A stretch of 64,000 nucleotides of DNA from a virus. Its lineage: Duplodnaviria > Caudoviricetes. Positions within the stretch are counted from its first letter, which is position 1, and the number at the start of each line of letters is the position of its first letter. The stretch is taken from the IMG/VR virus record IMGVR_UViG_3300028591_000143, positions 33,589-97,588 of that record. One strand, 5' to 3'. The translations under genes were made by a program, and so were the position numbers. Positions 1 to 9,553 of this stretch are shown piece by piece. The notes under the pieces are model-generated. The model worked only from the letters and a program-made list of their open reading frames with translations. It had not been told where the DNA came from and did no database searches.

Positions 1-78
1 AGGAACATTAATTGGGATAACATTCATCTTTTTTTCTTCATTATCCACACTCAAATAATCATTATTAATTTCTTTCAT
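1..78 (-). CDS. N-terminus (runs off window) of a third paralogue of the SF2 helicase-like family
   Basis: Hand translation MKEINNDYLSVDNEEKKMNVIPINVP matches 50576 (…DSKMNIIHIDVP); preceded by the same ~175-bp element as 50576. Confidence 0.7.
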   Translation of the reverse strand, partial: MKEINNDYLSVDNEEKKMNVIPINVP

Positions 79-256
79 ATTTAATAATTTTAACAATTAA
101 TCCCACTGAAGGACGCCAGGTAAAGGGCGCCTTCAGTTCATTTATTAGGATTATACGTCATTATAAGTGTGAAATAACTATTTTAAACTCTATTTTTTCT
201 AGCCCACTATAATAAGTACCTTTGTTATAGAAAATGGTTACTTTTCTAATCTCCCC

Positions 257-432
257 AAAAATCAATAGGGGTCTCATTCTAAGATTCTTTCTTTCCTCCT
301 CCGTTAAGAAAAATCCGTTAAGAACCGAGGGACAGCCGAGGTTTAGGATTTTTTAGGAGGAGATAGAAAGTGAGTGAGAGAAGGGGTTCAATTCGTTAGA
401 ATTGTGGCCACGGGAAGGCCTTCTCTCACCTT
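257..432 (-). repeat. Structured ~175-bp element, copy 1 (upstream of helicase paralogue)
   Basis: Near-identical reverse complement of 50154-50361; internal stems GTGAGAGAAGG/CCTTCTCTCAC and TCCTCC/GGAGGA. Confidence 0.9.
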
Positions 433-466
433 ATCTTTACCCGCCCCTTTTCCACTTCTTTTTTTT

Positions 467-515
467 TAGATTCCAGGGTCCACATTAAAGGGTAGATTCT
501 AAGATCGCCCTGGAA
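467..515 (-). ncRNA. Putative tRNA-like three-way-junction element (type B)
   Basis: P1 UUCCAGGG/CCCUGGAA, small hairpin, UACCC-UUUAAU-GUGG, then U-CUA; covaries with 45957-46005. Confidence 0.55.
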
Positions 516-525
516 TTAATTTATT

Positions 526-1095
526 TTATTGATTTCTTTTATAACAGTCACAAATTCTATCCTCGCTTGTTCCCCAATTTGTATTAGTTCTGAGGTAATT
601 TGTTCTGTCATATTCATAGTCTTCCGGATACACACCTGATACCCAAGACTCATATTTTTCTGTAGTATCGCCTCTACCACAAACGCACCCACAATCATCG
701 TCATATTCTTGGGCGAAAAGGTGGGCGTATTGGAATTTAAGGCGTAGAATAAGAGTGGAGAGTAGATCAGCCCAAGAGAACACAAATCTATCCTGGTCAT
801 AATTTTCACTCTCTACCTCAACGCCTATTTCTTCCGCCCAATCCCTCGCCCGTTCAGTACATATCATAGTAGAGCCTTCATCAGCTACTTCATAGATTTT
901 CTGAATCTTAGCTTTTATATTATCTTCGGTGTTTAACATTAATTCTCTGTTTATATATTTTAGGGCTTGTGTATAATAAGGATAAAGCACCTCTCTATTC
1001 TTTGTATGATCAAGCTGTGTTAGTCCGAGAATTTTAAGAAGATAAGTTATAGATTCTTGATATTCGAAGTAGCATTGTTCAAGATCCCACGTCAT
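526..1095 (-). CDS. Hypothetical protein, Cys-rich C-terminus
   Basis: 189-aa ORF, co-oriented at end of tail region. Confidence 0.75.
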   Translation of the reverse strand: MTWDLEQCYFEYQESITYLLKILGLTQLDHTKNREVLYPYYTQALKYINRELMLNTEDNIKAKIQKIYEVADEGSTMICTERARDWAEEIGVEVESENYDQDRFVFSWADLLSTLILRLKFQYAHLFAQEYDDDCGCVCGRGDTTEKYESWVSGVYPEDYEYDRTNYLRTNTNWGTSEDRICDCYKRNQ

Positions 1096-1104
1096 TTCAT
1101 TTTA

Positions 1105-1542
1105 TTATTTTATTTTAATTCGATCAGCATAAGTACTCCAATTTTCTGTAGATTTATAAGTATTTACTGATTCGGAAGGTACATAAATAGGAGAATTATT
1201 TGTATTATTAAATGCTTCGTCACCTAAAGTCGGTGGGGTGGTATTTGATATAGTAATCGAAGTTAATCCAGTACAACCCCGAAATGCCTGTTTTCCAATA
1301 CTAGTAACAGAATTAGGTATATTAATTGAAGTTAAACCCCTACAATCAATGAATGCACCCTCTCCAATACTAGTAATTTCTCTATCGAATTTAATAATAC
1401 CTTTTCCATTTTCATAAGTATTAGAAATTATAATAGCATCACCATAAGATCCATCTGTAGGAGTTATTATTTCTTCATCAATACTATTATACCAAATTTC
1501 ATCATCTGGAGGGGTAATATTTTCTATAGGGGGTAATAACAC
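1105..1542 (-). CDS. BspA-like leucine-rich repeat protein
   Basis: ITSIGEGAFIDCRGLTSINIPNSVTSIGKQAFRGCTGLTSITI plus IYVPSESVNTYKSTENWSTY cap. Confidence 0.85.
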   Translation of the reverse strand: MLLPPIENITPPDDEIWYNSIDEEIITPTDGSYGDAIIISNTYENGKGIIKFDREITSIGEGAFIDCRGLTSINIPNSVTSIGKQAFRGCTGLTSITISNTTPPTLGDEAFNNTNNSPIYVPSESVNTYKSTENWSTYADRIKIK

Positions 1543-1612
1543 TTCTTACCCTTAATATCCACTCCCTTTCATTATCATTTAATCCTAAGTTCTTGTAGTT
1601 TATTGTCATATT

Positions 1613-1915
1613 CTAGTCTCCTATTTGTTCTTCTGTATTATCTCCTTCATCATGAGAAACTGGAACAATAGCCTCTCTGATCTCATAATATGGTTCAGGC
1701 ATTCTACTGTATAAATCATCTATAGTTCCTTGATAGTTATTTATCTGTTCTTGTGCAACTCCTATATAATGAAGATTACGAAGAACAAGTTTATAATTAT
1801 TACAAGTACAAACCTCTCCTTCTGCAAGATCTTTACCACAAAATGCACACTTTCTTATTCCATCGAGCTCAAGGACACACTCTTCTAATGTTCTTACTTT
1901 AGCCATATATTTCAA
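1613..1915 (-). CDS. Small Zn-finger hypothetical protein
   Basis: CAFCG…CTC; 100 aa. Confidence 0.65.
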   Translation of the reverse strand: MKYMAKVRTLEECVLELDGIRKCAFCGKDLAEGEVCTCNNYKLVLRNLHYIGVAQEQINNYQGTIDDLYSRMPEPYYEIREAIVPVSHDEGDNTEEQIGD

Positions 1916-1925
1916 TTTTTAATAG

Positions 1926-4430
1926 TTAAACATAATTTTGAATAACATTAATTATTACGACATCAGTACCATCCTCTATGATAACTTTTGCACCCCTAGG
2001 ATTAGTTGTATTTGCACTATTTGCTGTAATAGTTAATGAATTAGTTCCAACATTTATAGTAGATGGAACTGTTAACCATGTAGCAGGTGTATTATCTGGA
2101 TTTAAGGCTGATACATTTAAGGCATTGGCATGATATATATTAATTGTAGCAGAACTATCAGCTGCCGCACCAACCAAAATAGAGGTATCAGAAACTTGAA
2201 TTCCTATAGTTTCACCCATCATATCAGTCCAGTATGTTCCATTCCAACAGATATTTTTCGAAATCGTGGTATCATAATATATAAATCCAGCATCCGTGCT
2301 TGATAAGGTTGGTCTTAATGTGTTATCTCCATTTCCTATTATAGTTTGTCTCCAATTATATCCATTATATAACATTGGAACTCCTTTTTCTTCATCAAAA
2401 TACTGATAACCTTTTTTTGTAGTATCATCAGAGAATTCTGGTTTAATAGATGGATTAATTAACTTATAATCATATTTTGGAATATTCTGAAAGAAATATA
2501 AAAAAGCTATATAGCCACCATTATTAGCATTTACTATCGCAAATACATCATAATCATACTTACTTGGAAAATCGCATATTAATACCCAGCGTATATTCTG
2601 AAAGGTTCCAAATCCAAATATAGGATACATATAAGCTGTAGTCCGAAAATAATACTTATTTAGTTCAAATGGTGGAGCTACTCCTATTACGGGTTCATAA
2701 ATATTCTCTGAAGTATTATAGTAATAATAATCAGAATAATTACTTTCCCATGTTTCTGGGGATGTTTCTAATAGTATATAATTTTCATTTACCTTTTCAA
2801 AATATTTACCCAATTCAAACGGTGGAGCTATACCTTTTATTTGCGGATAATTTGTATCACTTGACTTATACCTATAATTATTATAATTAGTTTCCCAATC
2901 ATTTGGTTCTTCTAATAATAGTTCGTTTTTTCTAAGTTCTATATATACATTTTCACCGTCCGCTTGAGAAAAAACTATTGTAGTAGGCGTGGTTGTCTCA
3001 AATGTATTCAGTATCGTTTTAGTTGAGTTACTTGAAACATTGTCCTCATAAAAAGATGGTGTTCCTATAGTGTATCTATTACGTATGAGTATTTTAGAAT
3101 TTAGTTCACTACTTCTTACTATAGTATTATTTGGACCTCCTATAGTAAAATTAGACGTCTCTCCTTTATGAAAATATTGCCAATTTTCAATTTGGTAGTC
3201 TTGTATCTCTTCAAATGTCATTTCTGATTTTGGACTTAAAGGGAAATATTCCATAGTATTGTGAGTACTGGTATCAGGAACAATAAAGATATTTGAAATA
3301 TATGCTTCCCCATTTCCAGATGTATATTCTAATTTAAAGGTAAGTATTATAGAAGAGTCTTCTGTTAAATTAAATGGAATGTTATATAACATTAGTTTCT
3401 GTTCTCTAAATACTGGAAAGCGTTTAGTTGATGTTGAACTTCCCCTAACCCTTAATGATAGACTAAAACTTCCATAATATGACTTTGCAGCATAAAATAT
3501 TATTCTATAACTTCCACTATTGAGAAATCTGCCTCCCTGAAGTAAGTCAGTGGTAATACTAGAAGTTACACTAAGCTTAGTAAATCTACTATAATTAAGA
3601 TATGTATCAGTAAGATTCTTAGACCAAGAACAATAAAATCCTGTTCTCTCTATATTCTTACAATAATTCATCAATACATCTTCTGTAGGACTTAAATATG
3701 TATATGCGTCTTCACTAAGATAGTGTTTCATTTTAATACTATTTTCTCCAATAAGTTTACATTTATTGTAATAAAACTTAATAGCTGAGTTTGAAGATGT
3801 GAAGTGTAAAAAGCTTACTTCAACGCCGGTCAAAAAAAACTTTACTCTTTCTGCATAAGTTACTCCCTCAATGCCCAAATCCACAAAGGATGTTCTATAT
3901 TCATTGTTATTAATTATATAGTTTTTTTGTCCCGCATTATATTCAAAATATACCTTTTCAAATCTTATAGCTAAATCACTTCCTTTAATATTAATTCCTA
4001 TTGGATTTCCCTCCATTAAAGTACTTTCAATGACAAGCGATCCAAAATAAGTATCATTTTCAGCACACATTATTCCACCACCATCTATATAGCTCCATTC
4101 ACGATAATAAAATGTATTAGCCACATAAGTAGGTTTTGTGCCACTTAACTTAATATATTCGTTATTTTCTTTTCTATAATATCTTGTATCCCACTGACTA
4201 TTCCAAGTACTTGGTGCGGTACTTGAGGTTTGTAGTGTATAAGTATCATATTCCCCCTCTCCTAACGTTGAGTGATTACCTTCAATAACGCACGATGTAA
4301 TATTTGTTCCTGAAAAAGCATGCGGTCCACGTGCATATATTCCCCAATAGTTACCAATTATTACAACCTGAGTCATTAAACAGTCTGCAAAATTGGTGAT
4401 CTTCTTACGTAGTAAGTATTGGTTGTCCAT
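1926..4430 (-). CDS. Tail fibre/spike, C-terminal part, with terminal BACON-like domain
   Basis: Beta-helix-like start, WETNY/APPFEL repeats, GFIYYDTTISKNICWNG motif, WLTVP…NPRGAKVII BACON-like end. Confidence 0.75.
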   Translation of the reverse strand: MDNQYLLRKKITNFADCLMTQVVIIGNYWGIYARGPHAFSGTNITSCVIEGNHSTLGEGEYDTYTLQTSSTAPSTWNSQWDTRYYRKENNEYIKLSGTKPTYVANTFYYREWSYIDGGGIMCAENDTYFGSLVIESTLMEGNPIGINIKGSDLAIRFEKVYFEYNAGQKNYIINNNEYRTSFVDLGIEGVTYAERVKFFLTGVEVSFLHFTSSNSAIKFYYNKCKLIGENSIKMKHYLSEDAYTYLSPTEDVLMNYCKNIERTGFYCSWSKNLTDTYLNYSRFTKLSVTSSITTDLLQGGRFLNSGSYRIIFYAAKSYYGSFSLSLRVRGSSTSTKRFPVFREQKLMLYNIPFNLTEDSSIILTFKLEYTSGNGEAYISNIFIVPDTSTHNTMEYFPLSPKSEMTFEEIQDYQIENWQYFHKGETSNFTIGGPNNTIVRSSELNSKILIRNRYTIGTPSFYEDNVSSNSTKTILNTFETTTPTTIVFSQADGENVYIELRKNELLLEEPNDWETNYNNYRYKSSDTNYPQIKGIAPPFELGKYFEKVNENYILLETSPETWESNYSDYYYYNTSENIYEPVIGVAPPFELNKYYFRTTAYMYPIFGFGTFQNIRWVLICDFPSKYDYDVFAIVNANNGGYIAFLYFFQNIPKYDYKLINPSIKPEFSDDTTKKGYQYFDEEKGVPMLYNGYNWRQTIIGNGDNTLRPTLSSTDAGFIYYDTTISKNICWNGTYWTDMMGETIGIQVSDTSILVGAAADSSATINIYHANALNVSALNPDNTPATWLTVPSTINVGTNSLTITANSANTTNPRGAKVIIEDGTDVVIINVIQNYV

Positions 4431-6142
4431 GTAGGTTTTGTTCCCGTTAATTTTTTGTACTTTCCTGTTGATGAGTCATATTGATAATAATCGGTATGAC
4501 CACCACTATCCCAATTAGATGGCTTTGAAGTTTGAAGAGAACACCCCGTCCAAATATCAATACCATGCCGGAAATTAACAAAAGAACATTGAGTAATAGT
4601 TATTGGTCTACTAGGTCCTCCTGGAGTACTCCACCAAACACCATCACTTCTCCACCGTCCTTCAAAATATATATTTGCTAAGCTTGCTGAAATGTATGAT
4701 GCGGGAGTGCCTGTTATATATTTACTAGTGTGTTTTGGATGTAAGTCATCGTTTCCGACAAAATTATCATCTCCAGAATAGTATCCTCTAACATCTAGTA
4801 TACAATCAATGTGATCCGATGCAGAAGAGTCTTTTGCTTTTAGTATAGTTGAATTTGCACCCTTAGCATTATAGTTCGTATTAAAGTTATCTTGTATACT
4901 TTGTCCCTTCAATGAAAAAGACCTTTGAATAATAATCGGACGCGTGATATTATATTGTCTTGCGTATAAGGAAATATTTCCAAAAACTGCTATAGCTCTT
5001 TCAATTTTATCAGCATCGTTTCCTCGGAACCAATCTGCGAAAACCTCATTTTTAACTTTTCCACTAACAACAAGATCTTCGCCTATCCATTCATTAGTAC
5101 CCTCTATTTGGCAATTGTTTAAATTAAGATTTCCATTATTAATAATGCCGCCGTTTATTTTTAAAACAGAATTAGCTGGCATAGTAAAAGTACCACCACC
5201 TAGGTCGAAATAATCTTTTACTTCAAACACCGTATTTGTGATCGGTATAGCAGTACCATCAACGGTGGGTGCTAGTTGTTCTTGAAAACTCGTTGTACTA
5301 TCTCCTTCAACGGGTGCTTTGAGTACTTTATAACCCATACTGCGAAGCTTGGAAACACCATCAACCTCAGCACTGACAGCCACTCTATCATTAAGAGCTG
5401 CAACTACGGGAAATTTATCTTGCATCTCAGGAATATCCTCTTGAGCCCCAATGTTAGTTCTTGCAGTTTCTTTTTGATTATTCGTAAAAGATTGTTGAAT
5501 AGTAACATCAATGGATTCAATACCATCAGCTACAGCCTTAGTAGTGGGAGCTTTAGTTTGAGATTTAGTTTCCAGATTAGTCTCTAAGTTTGTAGTAACG
5601 AATTTATTTCCACTATCTTGCCAATTTCCCCCATCACCCTCATATAGATAAATATAGTAGACATTAGGATCAATACTAGATACATAAGCATATCCTTTTT
5701 CAGATAATTGAGAAGTATCGGGGAGACTTTCTATATTATCATACTGACCATAATATCTTCCAGTGGGTAGTTTATCTACTTTACCTGCTAATTCATTTAC
5801 TTCAGATTTAGTAGCAGCTCCTAATTCAGATAGAGATACGTTACCATCTAATTCAATATTATTTATTTTCGGTTTGTTATCTAAGCTATTATAGTCTATT
5901 TCTACATCTGCTTGTTTTTGGGTAAGTTCTAATGTACTTGTCTGAGGATCTAATTGATACCAATACTCCTTTATTCCTCCACCCCTTTGTTTAATTCCTA
6001 CGGTTAGTCCAAGAACCTTATAATTATTTAATGATGTATTAGCCTCCTCGATGGAATTATAAGGACCGTATCTAAGATCGACATTAGGAATATTTTCAGA
6101 GTTAGTTATTATTCCTCCATTATTTATAGTTAAATTTCCCAT
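4376..6142 (-). CDS. Tail fibre/spike, N-terminal part (probably frameshifted into 1926..4430)
   Basis: DYNSLDNKPKINNIEL, QKETARTNIGA and beta-helix entry DADKIERAIA…YNITRPIII motifs; 55-bp out-of-frame overlap. Confidence 0.75.
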   Translation of the reverse strand: MGNLTINNGGIITNSENIPNVDLRYGPYNSIEEANTSLNNYKVLGLTVGIKQRGGGIKEYWYQLDPQTSTLELTQKQADVEIDYNSLDNKPKINNIELDGNVSLSELGAATKSEVNELAGKVDKLPTGRYYGQYDNIESLPDTSQLSEKGYAYVSSIDPNVYYIYLYEGDGGNWQDSGNKFVTTNLETNLETKSQTKAPTTKAVADGIESIDVTIQQSFTNNQKETARTNIGAQEDIPEMQDKFPVVAALNDRVAVSAEVDGVSKLRSMGYKVLKAPVEGDSTTSFQEQLAPTVDGTAIPITNTVFEVKDYFDLGGGTFTMPANSVLKINGGIINNGNLNLNNCQIEGTNEWIGEDLVVSGKVKNEVFADWFRGNDADKIERAIAVFGNISLYARQYNITRPIIIQRSFSLKGQSIQDNFNTNYNAKGANSTILKAKDSSASDHIDCILDVRGYYSGDDNFVGNDDLHPKHTSKYITGTPASYISASLANIYFEGRWRSDGVWWSTPGGPSRPITITQCSFVNFRHGIDIWTGCSLQTSKPSNWDSGGHTDYYQYDSSTGKYKKLTGTKPTWTTNTYYVRRSPILQTV

Positions 6143-6143
6143 A

Positions 6144-6866
6144 TTATCTAAATATTATTTTTATATTATCTGTAGGATCGAATTCAGCAAATCCTGGATG
6201 ACTAATTCCCCAAACATGATAAGTTTTTTCGTTTATTATAATATCCTCGTGTTCTGCAGTATTATCAGTTAATAAGTTTTGAGACATTATTTGTCCTCCT
6301 GAAGTAAATAATATTTCTTTCGGAGTACTATTTTCATTATATACCAGAAACACTAGGGAGTTTTGTCCAAATTCTTGATAGTAGGTTGGCATTTCTTCAA
6401 TATTATATCCAGACATCAAAGTTTTTAAAGTATTTTCATTAGTCGAGAAAAAATTATTTCTAGACATATTAACCCAACCTACATAATAATCAAAAATAAC
6501 ATCTTCTTTTTGATCATAACTAAATACTTCTATAACATTGTCTGTTCTGCTCCATAAAATAACTATTCTATGAAGATCATTTTCTGTTATTGTGATTGTA
6601 GTTTTTAAAGAATCCAGTTGTTGGTTATCTATATACATTATGGCATCTGGGTATTCTGATAGGAGAACTGGATCGAAAATCAATTCAACAGTATTTCCAA
6701 TTATAGTGAATTTAGTTCCTTCACAGTTTTTTGGTATATTAGTTTTTAAAAATAAACTCTCATCCTCCCCCGTTTTTAAATAGACTGGTTTATTATAGAT
6801 TTGAGTCATTAATTCTAGTATTAAGTTTTCCATAATATTTCCTGTTCTTTCTGTGTTTGTGTCCAT
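6144..6866 (-). CDS. Hypothetical virion protein
   Basis: 240-aa ORF between hub-like gene and fibre. Confidence 0.65.
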   Translation of the reverse strand: MDTNTERTGNIMENLILELMTQIYNKPVYLKTGEDESLFLKTNIPKNCEGTKFTIIGNTVELIFDPVLLSEYPDAIMYIDNQQLDSLKTTITITENDLHRIVILWSRTDNVIEVFSYDQKEDVIFDYYVGWVNMSRNNFFSTNENTLKTLMSGYNIEEMPTYYQEFGQNSLVFLVYNENSTPKEILFTSGGQIMSQNLLTDNTAEHEDIIINEKTYHVWGISHPGFAEFDPTDNIKIIFR

Positions 6867-7906
6867 CCTCCATCAATAATACCTCTTAATTCAGTGTGCC
6901 ATCCGAAGGGTTTTCCTGTAGTTCTATCAACGACTCCACAATTTCCATTACTAAAAAATACTTCATTACTATAGACTAAGCATTTTGTGTAATCTTCTGG
7001 ATCTTTCTTCTCACTATCATCAGCTCTTTTAAATTTTACTAAATCCCCCAGTCTAAAATTGTTAGGCATTACAATTCCAGAGAGAGTATAGTTTGCATTA
7101 TAATCTGTATTAAATAAAGTAGTATTATAGAGAAAATTATCTATTAAGTTATCATATCCGGATCTACATATAAAATAATCAGCCCCTAATACAGAAGTTA
7201 CATTTTTGGGAGGAGTATAACTAGATTCGGTCCAAGGATTTATGATAGGATAATTTTGTGTACGAGAATAAGTTAGGGTATAAGGTTCAATATTAGTTAA
7301 GTCCCCAGTACCCCCTCCTAAAATTTCTGGTATATTTTCATCTATATTTTCGTCCAACATTCTATGATTAATCCCTATAATATCTTTTATAACTAATCCA
7401 TCCCATCCAAATCCGAAGATAGATCCTTGCTTATAAGAATAACAAAGACGTTTACAGAAGTTAAATGGTGTTTCGCAAAGTTGATGAAGGAGTTGGTTAT
7501 TATTTTGATCTGAGTCGGTTCTTATATCGAGGTTAGAATAGAGATAATTAAGAGCATCATTAATATCCTCATAAGTTCTAGATTCTCGTATACTAAAAAA
7601 ACCAGGATCAGAACAACAAATAAAGCCAATCTGAAGATTATTTCCGTCGTATTCTCTATGATTAATAAACATGGGGACTTCAAAACAAAAACCGCCATCA
7701 TTATTGTCTTCGATTATAATGGTTCCCGTATTTTGTTCTGTGATCCATTCCATTACACCTTCATCTTGTGGGAATATTAATGATGCTGTTCCCGTAGGTA
7801 AATCCCCTCCTAAAACTTCCTTCATTTGCAACCATTCTATACCAAAACCCTTCTCTGTCCACTCTTTAATATCAAAACTTATATCTTGAGAATTAGTCTG
7901 TTTCAT
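6821..7906 (-). CDS. Putative baseplate hub (gp27/gpD-like)
   Basis: Position after gp53-like gene; size; QLCETPFNFCKRL and FRLGDLVKF motifs typical of hub proteins. Confidence 0.55.
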   Translation of the reverse strand: MKQTNSQDISFDIKEWTEKGFGIEWLQMKEVLGGDLPTGTASLIFPQDEGVMEWITEQNTGTIIIEDNNDGGFCFEVPMFINHREYDGNNLQIGFICCSDPGFFSIRESRTYEDINDALNYLYSNLDIRTDSDQNNNQLLHQLCETPFNFCKRLCYSYKQGSIFGFGWDGLVIKDIIGINHRMLDENIDENIPEILGGGTGDLTNIEPYTLTYSRTQNYPIINPWTESSYTPPKNVTSVLGADYFICRSGYDNLIDNFLYNTTLFNTDYNANYTLSGIVMPNNFRLGDLVKFKRADDSEKKDPEDYTKCLVYSNEVFFSNGNCGVVDRTTGKPFGWHTELRGIIDGGWTQTQKEQEILWKT

Positions 7907-8208
7907 ATCATTCCTAGTATTGAATCAAGTGTAGTTTTAGGAAGAACTCTAAGAATTGTGCCCTTTGAAAAACTTGATAATGGAAGTTTAACTTGCAGGA
8001 GAAGTAATCCGAGATAAGAAGAAGAACCGTAAATATCCTGTGCTATAAGATCTGGGCGAAATTCATGTATAGTGATCTCAAAACTCTCCCTATATAAGCT
8101 TTGATCGTTTATCAGGGAGAGTAATAGAGAATCATATACATCATACCCGGAGATATAGTTGCTAGGATCATTCTTCGCTGTTATTATTTTATTCTTTTTT
8201 TTAAACAT
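7903..8208 (-). CDS. Baseplate LysM-like protein (gp53/gpX-like)
   Basis: RPDLIAQDIYGSS…GTILRV motif. Confidence 0.7.
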   Translation of the reverse strand: MFKKKNKIITAKNDPSNYISGYDVYDSLLLSLINDQSLYRESFEITIHEFRPDLIAQDIYGSSSYLGLLLLQVKLPLSSFSKGTILRVLPKTTLDSILGMI

Positions 8209-9553
8209 TGTAATTTCTCCTTAGGTATTCTTGTTGTTTTCTAAGACGCTTTGTGTGATATCCCTCTCCTGCCGTACTATACCCACTTCCTGGAACAGGA
8301 TTTGTGTTTGTAAAGTATATGTTGTTAACACCAGTAATAAAACTCACTAAAGAATCATTTGAATACATAGTGGCTGGAGTTAATGTGAGATTAATATCGC
8401 AATAAAGAGGTGATAATTTTTCTGTAAATGGATCTTTTACCATAACTTTAGAGAAATTCATAGTAATATCCTGACAAAGCAATGAAGAGATAGAATAATT
8501 TGTTCCTATTCTCAGTTTCAATGTTCCTTCTTGTGGGGCATCTATATCTTTATAACTTGGTTTATATCCCCCCGGTGCTTTTTGCCAAGATATTAAACCC
8601 TTAAAGTATTCATCTACCCTAGCTAGAGTATCATCTGCTATATTTTTGATTTCTTCATTCATAACCCCAAAATGATTAACTATAGTATCACCTATTGAAT
8701 TGGCAGACTCTACTAAACTTGGTCGAGCCTCTTCTATAGTTTTTCCTCTATTGGACCGTACATTAGATAAAGCACTGTCGATAGTTGTAAAACCTTCATT
8801 TATATATTCCTTAAGGGACTTTCCAGCTTTATTTGCTTTGTCTTTTATTTGAGCTAATCCCTCATCTGTATTAGCCCAGGAACTTATTGAACTCTTAAGT
8901 AACCCTAATCCGCTCTCTTCAAAAGTTCCATTTACATAAGGAAGAATGATTTTTACTTGATCGACCGTACTAATCATTGTATGTTTTTCCACGTCAAACT
9001 TAGGAAATATTGTATATTTAAGACCAAGGTTACCAAAAGCAGTTCCAGATCCTGAATAATAGGTAAATCTAGATCCCTGTATTATTAAACTATCATTAAT
9101 ACGGGAAGATATTAAATTTATTCCCCCTTTTGCTAGTGTTGATACAGTTCCTAGTATATCTGTAGCTGTTGATGTGACTGCATTTCCTTCCTCGGCTGAT
9201 TTTATACTCTGATTTTTAGAAGTAGCTGTAATAAGGGAAAGCATATCTTGTACAACTGGAATATAAGGCCCAATTGTTCTAGCTCTATTCCATATTTCTG
9301 AAATGGCATTATCTCCAACAGGTGTCCATCTATTAGCTACAGCCACATTAAAATCATCCTGAAGTATAGCCTGAGCAATAGGAGTAGAACTATAACCACA
9401 TGTTTCAGATTTATCACCCTTAAAATAAGTCTCTGTATCCCCGTCTTCTACATTTTTCCAAGTTTTTGTTTTTGTATCATATTGTTTGTTTGGATGAAGA
9501 GATACAGATGTTAAAGGATCATTTAATTGTCTATCGTAATACCATCCTTTCAT
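8201..9553 (-). CDS. Putative baseplate/tube-initiator protein
   Basis: Follows tape measure; C-terminal QDITMNFS…PLYCDINLTLTP tube-fold pattern. Confidence 0.5.
   Translation of the reverse strand: MKGWYYDRQLNDPLTSVSLHPNKQYDTKTKTWKNVEDGDTETYFKGDKSETCGYSSTPIAQAILQDDFNVAVANRWTPVGDNAISEIWNRARTIGPYIPVVQDMLSLITATSKNQSIKSAEEGNAVTSTATDILGTVSTLAKGGINLISSRINDSLIIQGSRFTYYSGSGTAFGNLGLKYTIFPKFDVEKHTMISTVDQVKIILPYVNGTFEESGLGLLKSSISSWANTDEGLAQIKDKANKAGKSLKEYINEGFTTIDSALSNVRSNRGKTIEEARPSLVESANSIGDTIVNHFGVMNEEIKNIADDTLARVDEYFKGLISWQKAPGGYKPSYKDIDAPQEGTLKLRIGTNYSISSLLCQDITMNFSKVMVKDPFTEKLSPLYCDINLTLTPATMYSNDSLVSFITGVNNIYFTNTNPVPGSGYSTAGEGYHTKRLRKQQEYLRRNYNV

Noticed and set aside
1105-1542. Diversity-generating retroelement target
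   Set aside because: No reverse transcriptase or template repeat visible in this window
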